DNA from: Verrucomicrobiota bacterium
GTDB taxonomy: Bacteria; Verrucomicrobiota; Kiritimatiellia; UBA8416; SLMC01
Direction of reading: 5' to 3'
NCBI GenBank assembly: GCA_030018915.1
Contig: JASEHE010000003.1
Coordinates: 1 to 43,429 of the forward strand
Length of the DNA: 43,429 nt
Position numbers and translations under genes: made by a program. Each line of letters begins with the position of its first letter. The stretch's first letter is position 1. This document shows, piece by piece, positions 26,950-34,252 of the stretch. The notes beneath the pieces are model-generated. The model had not been told where the DNA came from. It worked only from the letters and a program-made list of their open reading frames with translations, and searched no databases.

Positions 26950-27720
26950 ATGACTGATCTCCCCCGATTCGACGTCCTTGGAATCGGTATCCACGCGGTC
27001 AACATGGACATGGCCGTCGAGGCGATTGCCGAGGCGATTCGGGCCGATCGCAAAGGCTACGTTTGCGCGCGGGATGCGCATGGGATTGTGGAGGCGCAGA
27101 AATCGCCTCGTCTGCGGTCCGTCATCAACTCATCCTTCCTCACGGTTCCGGACGGCATGCCGTTGGTGTGGATTGGCTGGCTTCGCGGACATCGGCAGAT
27201 GGACCGTGTGTACGGCCCGGACCTCATGGAGCGCGTGTGTCAAACGTCATGCCTGAAGGGCTGGACTCATTTCCTGTGCGGAGGTCGTCCAGGCGTGGCC
27301 GAGGAATTGAAACGGAAGTTGGAGATTCGATTCCGAGGCATTCGCGTGCTGGGGGCCTTCTGCCCCCCGTTTCGTCCGCTGACCGCCGAAGAGGAGGAGA
27401 AACTGACCGCCCAACTGCGCGCGCTGCAGCCCGATATTGTTTGGGTGGGCATGAGCACCCCGAAGCAGGAATTCTTCATGGCGGATTATTTGCCCCGCCT
27501 GGAGACCAAGATCATGATCGGTGTCGGCGCCGCATTCGATTTTCACACCGGTCGAGTCCGGCAGGCTCCCCGATGGATTCAGCGGTCGGGCATGGAGTGG
27601 TGCTTTCGCCTGTGTATGGAACCGCGGCGCCTGGGACGCCGCTATATGTCGACGATCCCTCGATTTGCCTTTCTGGTTCTTCTCGAGCAGATGCGTATTC
27701 GCGGAGACGCCCGCGGCTAG
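26950..27720 (+). CDS. WecB/TagA/CpsF-family glycosyltransferase (GT26)
   Basis: Family motifs: VNMDMAVEAI...LTVPDGMPLVWIGW...VYGPDLM...LCGGRPGVAE...PDIVWVGMSTPKQEFFM...IGVGAAFDFHTG. Confidence 0.9.
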   Translation: MTDLPRFDVLGIGIHAVNMDMAVEAIAEAIRADRKGYVCARDAHGIVEAQKSPRLRSVINSSFLTVPDGMPLVWIGWLRGHRQMDRVYGPDLMERVCQTSCLKGWTHFLCGGRPGVAEELKRKLEIRFRGIRVLGAFCPPFRPLTAEEEEKLTAQLRALQPDIVWVGMSTPKQEFFMADYLPRLETKIMIGVGAAFDFHTGRVRQAPRWIQRSGMEWCFRLCMEPRRLGRRYMSTIPRFAFLVLLEQMRIRGDARG

Positions 27721-27727
27721 CCCCGTT

Positions 27728-27748
27728 TGCGCCCGCCAGGCGGGCGCA
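27728..27748 (+). terminator. GC hairpin after the GT26 gene
   Basis: TGCGCCCG ccagg CGGGCGCA lies 8 nt after the stop. No U-tract follows. A degenerate copy of the 4499 palindrome motif (GCGCATATTTCGCGC...TATGCGGGC, 27764-27792) comes next. Confidence 0.3.
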
Positions 27749-27837
27749 TCACGGCCCGAACGGCGCATATTTCGCGCGGGAGTATGCGGGCTAGAAGCGA
27801 CACTCAAGACACCAATGCCAGGGAAAAGGATTGAGGA

Positions 27838-28737
27838 ATGAATGCGCGCTTGTGTCGGGCGGTGGAGTCGGCGCCGTTCGTCGCGGTTTTGGGCCTACTC
27901 GTCCTGCTTTTCGGCTTCATGGGCAACAGCCATGATCCCGGAACGTACGGCCCATCCATCCTGACCTGGACGGTCAGGCAATGGAATGACCCCGGAGGGG
28001 AAGCGATGCACGGCTGGCTGATTCCTCTGGTCAGCCTCTTCTTCCTCTGGCGAAAACGGCGGGAGATCATGCGCGCCTGCGGCGACATGGACGCGCGCGC
28101 CCTGGCGGTTGTCGTCGTCAGCTTGTTTCTCTACTGGGCCGGCTGTCGCGCGCAGCAACCGCGGCTGGGCATGCTGGCCTTCATCGGCCTGGCCTGGTCA
28201 ATCCCCTGGCACTTGTTCGGCTACGGGATGGCGCGTCAAGTCCTGTTCCCGTGCGTCTACCTGGTATTCGCCATTCCCATGGGCTTCCTGGTCCCCTTCA
28301 CGTTCCCGCTCCGCCTGCTTTCCTGTGTGGTCTCAGCCGGCCTCCTGAACGGGTTCGGCGTGGCCGTGCATCGCGTGGGCACGGCCATCCTTGACGCGCG
28401 GAACCAGGCCTTTGCCTTGAATGTTGACGACCCCTGCAGCGGGATCAACTCCCTGATTGCCCTCGGAGCGCTCACGGCCGCCTACGGCTATGCCACGCAG
28501 AAGACGGCAACGCGGGCCTGGCTCCTGTTCCTGAGCGCCGCGCCGATCGCCGTGGCAGGGAACGTCGCGCGCATCGTGACCATCGCCGTCGTGGCCAAGA
28601 CGCTCGGGACCGAGGCGGCAATGAGGGTGTATCACGATTTCTCGGGGCTCATTGTCTTTCCACTGGCCACCCTGGCCACGGCGGCTTTGGGCGAATGGCT
28701 GCGGCGGATAGCGCCGCGAAAGAAAAGTCCGGCATGA
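27838..28737 (+). CDS. Exosortase-family transpeptidase
   Basis: Polytopic membrane protein with the signature DDPCSGINSL (catalytic Cys), AGNVARIV (Arg motif) and YHDFSG (His motif), in the order expected for exosortase/archaeosortase. Confidence 0.85.
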   Translation: MNARLCRAVESAPFVAVLGLLVLLFGFMGNSHDPGTYGPSILTWTVRQWNDPGGEAMHGWLIPLVSLFFLWRKRREIMRACGDMDARALAVVVVSLFLYWAGCRAQQPRLGMLAFIGLAWSIPWHLFGYGMARQVLFPCVYLVFAIPMGFLVPFTFPLRLLSCVVSAGLLNGFGVAVHRVGTAILDARNQAFALNVDDPCSGINSLIALGALTAAYGYATQKTATRAWLLFLSAAPIAVAGNVARIVTIAVVAKTLGTEAAMRVYHDFSGLIVFPLATLATAALGEWLRRIAPRKKSPA

Positions 28738-29474
28738 CCCCATCACGAATCAAAGCATGCGGAGCGCTCTCCGTGCTCCTGCTGGCCACGTTCCTCAGCG
28801 TTCGTTTCGGAGAGACGCCCCGGCTTGACGCGCGACTGCCTGTCGCCATGGCGCTTCCGGATGTCTTGGGCGGATGGACAGGCGAAAACGTCTGGTTCTG
28901 CCGGAATCCGGCGTGTGGGGCGCGTCATGTCGGGGCGGGCGATCGGCAGGTGTGCGATCGTTGTGGTCATGCCTTGGGGGCTCTCTCCGCAGCGGAACGG
29001 AAAATTTTACCCCAGGACACCGTGATTGTCCGAAAGGAATACCGGAACGTGTCGGATAAACGGATCAACGTGGCGATCGTGCTGTCGGGGAAGGAACGTT
29101 CCAGTATCCATCCACCCCAGTGGTGTCTGTCGGGTCAGGGATACTCAATCAAGGCCCAGCATGTTTTGCCGATCCGCCTTGCCGACGGCCGGAATCTAAA
29201 CGTTGCCTTGCTTGACGTCGAGCCTGCGGCCGACGCCGGCGCGCGCAACGACGGCCTCGCGTTTGCCTATTGGTTCGTGGGGGGCGGGCACGAGACCTCC
29301 AGCCGGCTCGCGCGTGTGGCCTGGATGGCGTTCGGCAGTATTTTCCGAGGAGTCCACGAACGATGGGCCTACGTCAGCGTCATGACCGCTCGCGAGAGGG
29401 ATGGGGAGAAACACATCCATCAACTGAAGGAGTTTATCGGCTGTCTCCATCCTGCCGTCGTCCTTCCCCGCTGA
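28734..29474 (+). CDS. EpsI-family exosortase-associated protein with a four-Cys insertion
   Basis: ATGA overlap with the exosortase gene. N-terminal TM helix, then LPDVLGGWTG...KEYRN...VAIVLSGKERSSIHPPQWCLSGQGYSI...YWFVGG follow the EpsI pattern. The insertion is CRNPACGARHVGAGDRQVCDRCGH. Confidence 0.72.
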   Translation: MTPSRIKACGALSVLLLATFLSVRFGETPRLDARLPVAMALPDVLGGWTGENVWFCRNPACGARHVGAGDRQVCDRCGHALGALSAAERKILPQDTVIVRKEYRNVSDKRINVAIVLSGKERSSIHPPQWCLSGQGYSIKAQHVLPIRLADGRNLNVALLDVEPAADAGARNDGLAFAYWFVGGGHETSSRLARVAWMAFGSIFRGVHERWAYVSVMTARERDGEKHIHQLKEFIGCLHPAVVLPR

Positions 29475-29646
29475 GGTCCCCGGAGCGCCGATCCATCAAA
29501 ATCAGGCGCTTGGGAGAGCCTTGCCTCCCGCGCATGAACGGGGTCGCCCGCGGCGCGCGTTGTCAATGCCGGTCCGACCATGTATCACTTGGCCGGCGGT
29601 GTGTGTGCCAGGCAAACGAGGTTACCCCATAAGGAGAGGCCCGCTA

Positions 29647-29715
29647 ATCGCGCGAATGAACGCGAATGGAAGAGGTTTAGGGACGGCTGCCTGGATTCGC
29701 GTCAATTCGTGTGAT
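29647..29715. terminator. Inverted repeat between the convergent EpsI and sugar-transferase genes
   Basis: ATCGCGCGAATGAACGCGAAT (29647-29667) pairs with ATTCGCGTCAATTCGTGTGAT (29695-29715). That is 17/21 Watson-Crick pairs plus 2 G-U. The loop is 27 nt and there is no U-tract. Confidence 0.4.
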
Positions 29716-29741
29716 CGGTAATCCGACTGCTCTTTCCAGGC

Positions 29742-31220
29742 TCAATACGCTCCACGGGCGAACAGCACCGCCCGGACCGTTCTGAGAATGATCTTCAGGT
29801 CCAGAGCCCAGTTCTTGTTGCGCAGGTAGTACACATCGAGAATGCACATGTTGTGGAAGTCAATGTCGCTCCGGCCTGAAACCTGCCACAGGCACGTCAG
29901 TCCCGGCATTCCATCGTGCCGGCTGTAGTGCCAGTCCTCGTAGTAGTTCTCGAAGTCCCGCCGGGGCAGCGGCCGCGGCCCCACCAGCGTCATCTCCCCC
30001 CGCGCCACGTTGAACAACTGCGGCAGCTCGTCCAGACTGAACCGCCGCAGGAACCGCCCCACCTTCGTCACCCGCGGATCCTCGCGGATCTTGAACAGGC
30101 CCGCCCCGGACTCGTTGAACTCCTCCACCTGCGCCTGCATCTCGTCGGCCCGGTGGCGCATGGTGCGGAACTTGAACATCCGGAACGGCTGCCGGTTCAC
30201 TCCGATCCGCTCCTGCGCGAAAAGCGCGGGGCCTGAACTCGTCCGCTTGATGAGCAGCGCAATGACCGCAAGCACGGGCGAGAGAACCAGGAGAGCGGCC
30301 ACGGCCGCCAGGACCGATGCAACGTTCCGAATCGGCCGGAACCACCGGACAGCCGACGGCGCCTCGAAGTGGACCAGCGGCGTTCCCAGGATCGTATCCG
30401 TCGGGATTCTCGCCCGGTTGACCAGAATGTTCATCGCGTCCGACAAAACTTTCGCCGGCGCGTCCAGCCGGTCCGCCGCCTCCAGCAGTTCCATAATCTG
30501 CGCCGTGGAGAAATCTTTCTGGGCGGCAATGATCATGCGGATGTCCTCTCGCCGGCACCGCTCTTCCAGAGCGGCGATCCAGTTCTCAAAGGAACTGCCG
30601 GGATTCCACGCCTCCTCGGCAACAACCTCGATCCCGTGAGGATGAAACTCGGCGAGCAGCGCGCTGAGGTGGCCGGCCTCCTTGCCGTGGCCGAGCAGGA
30701 TGGCCCGGCAGCGGTCGAACTGCCGGTTGCTCCGCCATCGCCGCAGGGTCCGGTCGAGACCGGCCCTGAACAGGAGGCAGAAGATCACGTTCAAGAAGAG
30801 CGCCGTGGCGAAGAAGCCGCGCGGGTGGAACACGTTGCGGCTCAAGTAAAAGTAGGCGTAGAAGATCGCCAGGGCAAGCAGGTTGGCCACGATGACGTTC
30901 CAGGCCACCGGCCTTCGCGTGATGAATCGCCGGCCCGGATACAAATCCCGGAGCCCGTAAAGAGCGCAGATCGTAACCGCCATGATCGCCGTGATCCGCG
31001 GCGCGCTGCCGATGTAGAAATCCTCGTGCGTCTCGGGCAGCGCGCCGGTCTCGCGGACACCGAGCCAGCGGTTGAGCACGGAGAAGAACCGCACCCCCCA
31101 TTCGCCATGAAAACGGACCAACAGGGTGGTGAAGTAGGCGACGACGATCGCGAAATAATCCGCCCCGAACTGCAGCAAGCCGAGGGCGCCGATTCGCTTC
31201 CCCTGAAACATGCCGCGCAT
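29742..31220 (-). CDS. Polyprenyl-phosphate glycosyl-1-phosphate transferase (WbaP/EpsB-type initiating sugar transferase)
   Basis: N-terminal TM bundle plus a C-terminal bacterial sugar transferase domain: ...PALFAQERIGVNRQPFRMFKFRTM...KIREDPRVTKVGRFLRRFSLDELPQLFNV.RGEMTLVGPRP... An alternative start is at 31211. Confidence 0.9.
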   Translation of the reverse strand: MRGMFQGKRIGALGLLQFGADYFAIVVAYFTTLLVRFHGEWGVRFFSVLNRWLGVRETGALPETHEDFYIGSAPRITAIMAVTICALYGLRDLYPGRRFITRRPVAWNVIVANLLALAIFYAYFYLSRNVFHPRGFFATALFLNVIFCLLFRAGLDRTLRRWRSNRQFDRCRAILLGHGKEAGHLSALLAEFHPHGIEVVAEEAWNPGSSFENWIAALEERCRREDIRMIIAAQKDFSTAQIMELLEAADRLDAPAKVLSDAMNILVNRARIPTDTILGTPLVHFEAPSAVRWFRPIRNVASVLAAVAALLVLSPVLAVIALLIKRTSSGPALFAQERIGVNRQPFRMFKFRTMRHRADEMQAQVEEFNESGAGLFKIREDPRVTKVGRFLRRFSLDELPQLFNVARGEMTLVGPRPLPRRDFENYYEDWHYSRHDGMPGLTCLWQVSGRSDIDFHNMCILDVYYLRNKNWALDLKIILRTVRAVLFARGAY

Positions 31221-31243
31221 TCTAGCAGGGATCGGGCGGAGAG

Positions 31244-31257
31244 GGAAACTGGAAACT
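31244..31257 (-). repeat. Two-unit heptad (minus strand AGTTTCC AGTTTCC) in the sugar-transferase leader
   Basis: GGAAACT GGAAACT on the plus strand, 24-37 nt upstream of the minus-strand start at 31220. The same 14-mer occurs at 3933-3946. Two units alone are not statistically remarkable. Confidence 0.35.
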
Positions 31258-31392
31258 CGGGCCGAAGCATTTTTTCGATTGCGGCCAAGCTCCGCGCTAT
31301 GCTATCCCTCGAGAGGATGTTTGACGGAAGGCAAGGTTGCCTCGTGAACGCCTGACTCTATGGAAAACGGCTAACGAAACGTTTCTCCCAGC

Positions 31393-32640
31393 ATGAACGC
31401 GTTTTACTACCGGCGGAATGAGCTGTATGCCGAATCGGTCCTGGTGAGCCGCCTCGCCGAACGATACGGCACGCCGCTGTACGTGTACAGCCGCCGCCAT
31501 ATCCAGGCGCAGTACCGCGCGCTCGCCGGCGCCATGGCCGAAGTCCGGCCGCTCATCTGCTACTCGGTGAAAGCCAACACGAACGCCGCCGTGATCCGGA
31601 CTCTGGCCGCCGAAGGCGCCGGCGCCGACGTCGTCTCGGGCGGCGAACTGTTCCGGGCGCTGCGCGCCGGCGTCCCGGTCTCGAAGATCGTGTTCGCCGG
31701 CGTCGGCAAGACCGGCGAGGAAATCGAATACGGGCTGAGGCGAGGCATCCTGTTCTTCACGGTGGAATCCGAGCCGGAAATCCGCCGCATTGCCGCCTGC
31801 GCCGAGCGGCTGGGGCGGACGGCCCGGATCGCCGCGCGGGTCAACCCGGACGTGGACCCGGCCACCCACGCTCACATCACCACGGGGGAAAAGGAAAACA
31901 AGTTCGGCGTCGCGCTCCAGGACGTCCGCGGGCTGTGCCGCCTGGCCGCCAGGCTGCCGGGCATCGAGATCGCGGGAATTCACATGCACATAGGCTCGCA
32001 GATTCTCTCCGCCGCGCCGTTCGCCGAGGCGCTTCGCCGGACGCGCGAGCTGTGCGCGGAGTTGAAACGGGCATACCCCTCGTTTCGCTATCTCGATATC
32101 GGCGGCGGAATCGGGATTGACTACCGGCCCGGTCAAAAGCCGCTTCTGCCTGAAACCTATGCCCGGCAGGTCGCGCCGGCCCTCAAGAAACTTGGGATCT
32201 CGGTGGTGCTGGAACCCGGCCGATTCCTGGTCGGCAACGCCGGCCTGCTGGTGTGCCGGGTCCAGCACGTCAAGCACAGCCCCCACAAGACGTTCATCGT
32301 CGTGGACGCCGCTATGAACGATCTCATCAGGCCGCTGCTCTACGAGGCATACCACGAGGTCCTGGCCGTCCGGCGCGGTCGGCGCGCGATTCGCGCGGAC
32401 CTCGTTGGGCCCATCTGCGAGTCAGGGGATTTCCTCGCGTTGGACCGGGACCTGCCCGCCGCGCGGGAAGGGGACTTGCTCGCCATGCGGAGCGCCGGCG
32501 CCTACGGTTTTGCCATGGCGTCCACCTACAACAGCCGGCCCCTGGCCGCCGAAGTCATGGTGGACGGCCGCAAATCGTTCCTCGTCCGGCGCCGCCAGAC
32601 GTGGCGGGATCTGGTGCGCGATGAGGTCATTGGCAATTAG
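31393..32640 (+). CDS. lysA: Diaminopimelate decarboxylase
   Basis: Family motifs: GTPLYVYS...ICYSVKAN...GADVVSGGEL...HMHIGSQ...LDIGGGIGI...EPGRFLVGNAG...GPICESGD...AGAYGF. Confidence 0.93.
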   Translation: MNAFYYRRNELYAESVLVSRLAERYGTPLYVYSRRHIQAQYRALAGAMAEVRPLICYSVKANTNAAVIRTLAAEGAGADVVSGGELFRALRAGVPVSKIVFAGVGKTGEEIEYGLRRGILFFTVESEPEIRRIAACAERLGRTARIAARVNPDVDPATHAHITTGEKENKFGVALQDVRGLCRLAARLPGIEIAGIHMHIGSQILSAAPFAEALRRTRELCAELKRAYPSFRYLDIGGGIGIDYRPGQKPLLPETYARQVAPALKKLGISVVLEPGRFLVGNAGLLVCRVQHVKHSPHKTFIVVDAAMNDLIRPLLYEAYHEVLAVRRGRRAIRADLVGPICESGDFLALDRDLPAAREGDLLAMRSAGAYGFAMASTYNSRPLAAEVMVDGRKSFLVRRRQTWRDLVRDEVIGN

Positions 32641-32646
32641 CCCGGC

Positions 32647-33828
32647 ATGAAGATCGTTTGTTCTTCTGACATGCCGTTTGCCCGCGAGGCATTCGGCGCG
32701 CTCGGCGAGACCGTGATCCTGGACGGCCGCGCGATCGGCCCACGCGACGCGCGCGACGCCGACATCCTGGCCATCCGCTCCACCACGCGAATCAACCGCA
32801 GGCTGCTCGAAGGGAGCCGAGTGCGCTTCGTTGGCACGGCGACGATCGGCTTCGACCACATGGACACCGCCTACCTGGAAAAGGCCGGCATCCGCTGGCG
32901 CTATTCGCCGGGCTGCAACGCCAACAGCGTGTCGGAGTACATCGCGGCCGCTCTTTCATGCCTCGCCGCGCGGCACGGCTTCGCGCTGGAGGGCTTGACC
33001 GTCGGGGTAGTCGGCGTCGGCAACGTGGGCCGACTCGTCGTGGAAAAGGCCGAGGCGCTCGGCATGCGCGCGCTACAGAACGATCCGCCAAGACAGAGGT
33101 CAGAGGTCGGAGGTCAGAAGTCAGCTGGCAGAGGGCCCTTCGTGTCGCTCGACCGGATTCTGGACGAATCGGATGTGGTGACGCTGCACGTGCCGCTGAC
33201 CAAGGAGGGACCCGATGCCACGTTCCAGATGGCGGATGCCGCGTTCTTCGCGCGGCTGAAGCCCGGCGCGATCCTGATCAATTCCGCTAGGGGCGCAGTG
33301 GTTCAGGCTGACGCGCTGCTGGCCGCCATGAGTCGAGGCATCGTCTCGCATGCCGTGATTGACACCTGGGAAGGCGAGCCGCGCATCCGGCAGGACCTGC
33401 TGGAGCGCGCGGACCTGGGCACGCCGCACATTGCCGGCTATTCCTACGAGGGCAAGGTCATGGGGACCGTCATGGTGTACCGGGAAGCGTGCCGATTCCT
33501 GGGCGTCGAGCCGTCGTGGCAACCCGACCGGCTGCTGCCCGCGCCGCCGGCGCCCGAGGTTCGATGCGACGCGGCCGGCTTGAGGGACGAGGAAGCGCTT
33601 TGGAACATCGCTCGCCAAGTCTACGACATTGAATTCGATGACCGGAACCTGCGCGCGCCTCCACCGGACGCGAGGCCGGGGGATGAGACCGAACGCGCCC
33701 GGCATTTCGACGGGCTCCGGATTCACTATCGGATTCGCCGTGAATTCCGATTCACGCGGGTGCGACTGACCGCCGCCTCCGAACCGTTGGCCCGCAAAGT
33801 CGGGGGACTGGGGTTCTCGATTGTGTGA
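32647..33828 (+). CDS. pdxB: 4-phosphoerythronate dehydrogenase
   Basis: FVGTATIGFDHMD...PGCNANSVSEY...VGVVGVGNVG...NDPPR...TLHVPLT...LINSARGAVV...VIDTWEGEP...TPHIAGYSYEGK, plus a PdxB-type C-terminal dimerisation domain. Confidence 0.88.
   Translation: MKIVCSSDMPFAREAFGALGETVILDGRAIGPRDARDADILAIRSTTRINRRLLEGSRVRFVGTATIGFDHMDTAYLEKAGIRWRYSPGCNANSVSEYIAAALSCLAARHGFALEGLTVGVVGVGNVGRLVVEKAEALGMRALQNDPPRQRSEVGGQKSAGRGPFVSLDRILDESDVVTLHVPLTKEGPDATFQMADAAFFARLKPGAILINSARGAVVQADALLAAMSRGIVSHAVIDTWEGEPRIRQDLLERADLGTPHIAGYSYEGKVMGTVMVYREACRFLGVEPSWQPDRLLPAPPAPEVRCDAAGLRDEEALWNIARQVYDIEFDDRNLRAPPPDARPGDETERARHFDGLRIHYRIRREFRFTRVRLTAASEPLARKVGGLGFSIV
33094..33128 (+). repeat. 7-nt tandem repeat inside the pdxB coding sequence
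   Basis: CAGAGGT CAGAGGT CGGAGGT CAGAAGT CAGCTGG, translated in frame as ..QRSEVGGQKSAG.. This falls in the variable loop after the conserved DPPR motif. Confidence 0.65.
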
Positions 33829-33847
33829 GCGGGTCTCCCGCAGGAGA

Positions 33848-33874
33848 GGTGGCGTTGGGCTTCCGGACCGACGC
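33848..33874 (+). repeat. 27-nt hairpin repeat, copy 1
   Basis: GGTGGCGTTGGGCTTCCGGACCGACGC, 20 nt after the pdxB stop. It matches 37949-37975 at 25/27 positions. The internal stem is GCGTTGG/CCGACGC. Confidence 0.6.
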
Positions 33875-34252
33875 TTATGCTTATACACGCATTCGCAAAT
33901 ATTGTGACGATTCGCGGCAGATGGCCCGCGACCTTCCAGCCTTCGCAGCCGAAGCGGCTGCTTCGGCGGAGCAGGCCCGGGCGCGGGCAGGCGCCGCCCG
34001 AAGGTCGGTTGGAGAATACGTCACCATCATTCGGCTTGACTCAAATCCAGCCATCCTCCATCAATGTGCTCGGATCGCGCTCAGAAGCAGAAGAATATTA
34101 CGCCGATTTTTCGGCGGCGATTCCTTCTCTTGCTCTGAGGAGGAATGCGACTTGCTCAATGCGGACAACGTTGCGCTATCCGTTGTCCAGCCTCGGCTGG
34201 ATTTCATGGCGCGAATTGCGGCGGCTGACTGAGCCGCCTAGGGAGGCTCGAT

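Noticed and set aside
27799-27820. C/A-rich tract GACACTCAAGACACCAATGCCA upstream of the exosortase gene as another heptad array
   Set aside because: It has only a loose resemblance to the AACRYYC unit and no clean 7-nt periodicity. It is too weak to call.
9719-31220. PEP-CTERM substrate gene within or next to the exosortase locus
   Set aside because: No ORF in the window ends with a PEP-like motif followed by a TM helix and a basic tail. Substrates, if any, must be encoded elsewhere.
33825-34232. 135-aa ORF starting with a GTGA overlap on the pdxB stop
   Set aside because: Third-position GC is low, the sequence reads through repeat and hairpin elements, and there is no family resemblance. 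It is probably non-coding leader or spacer.
34040-34252. Lysine riboswitch (L-box) in front of dapA
   Set aside because: The conserved L-box elements (the AGAGGCGC start, the GAGUA turn, GGAACUGUCA-like segments) are absent. Only generic hairpins are present.
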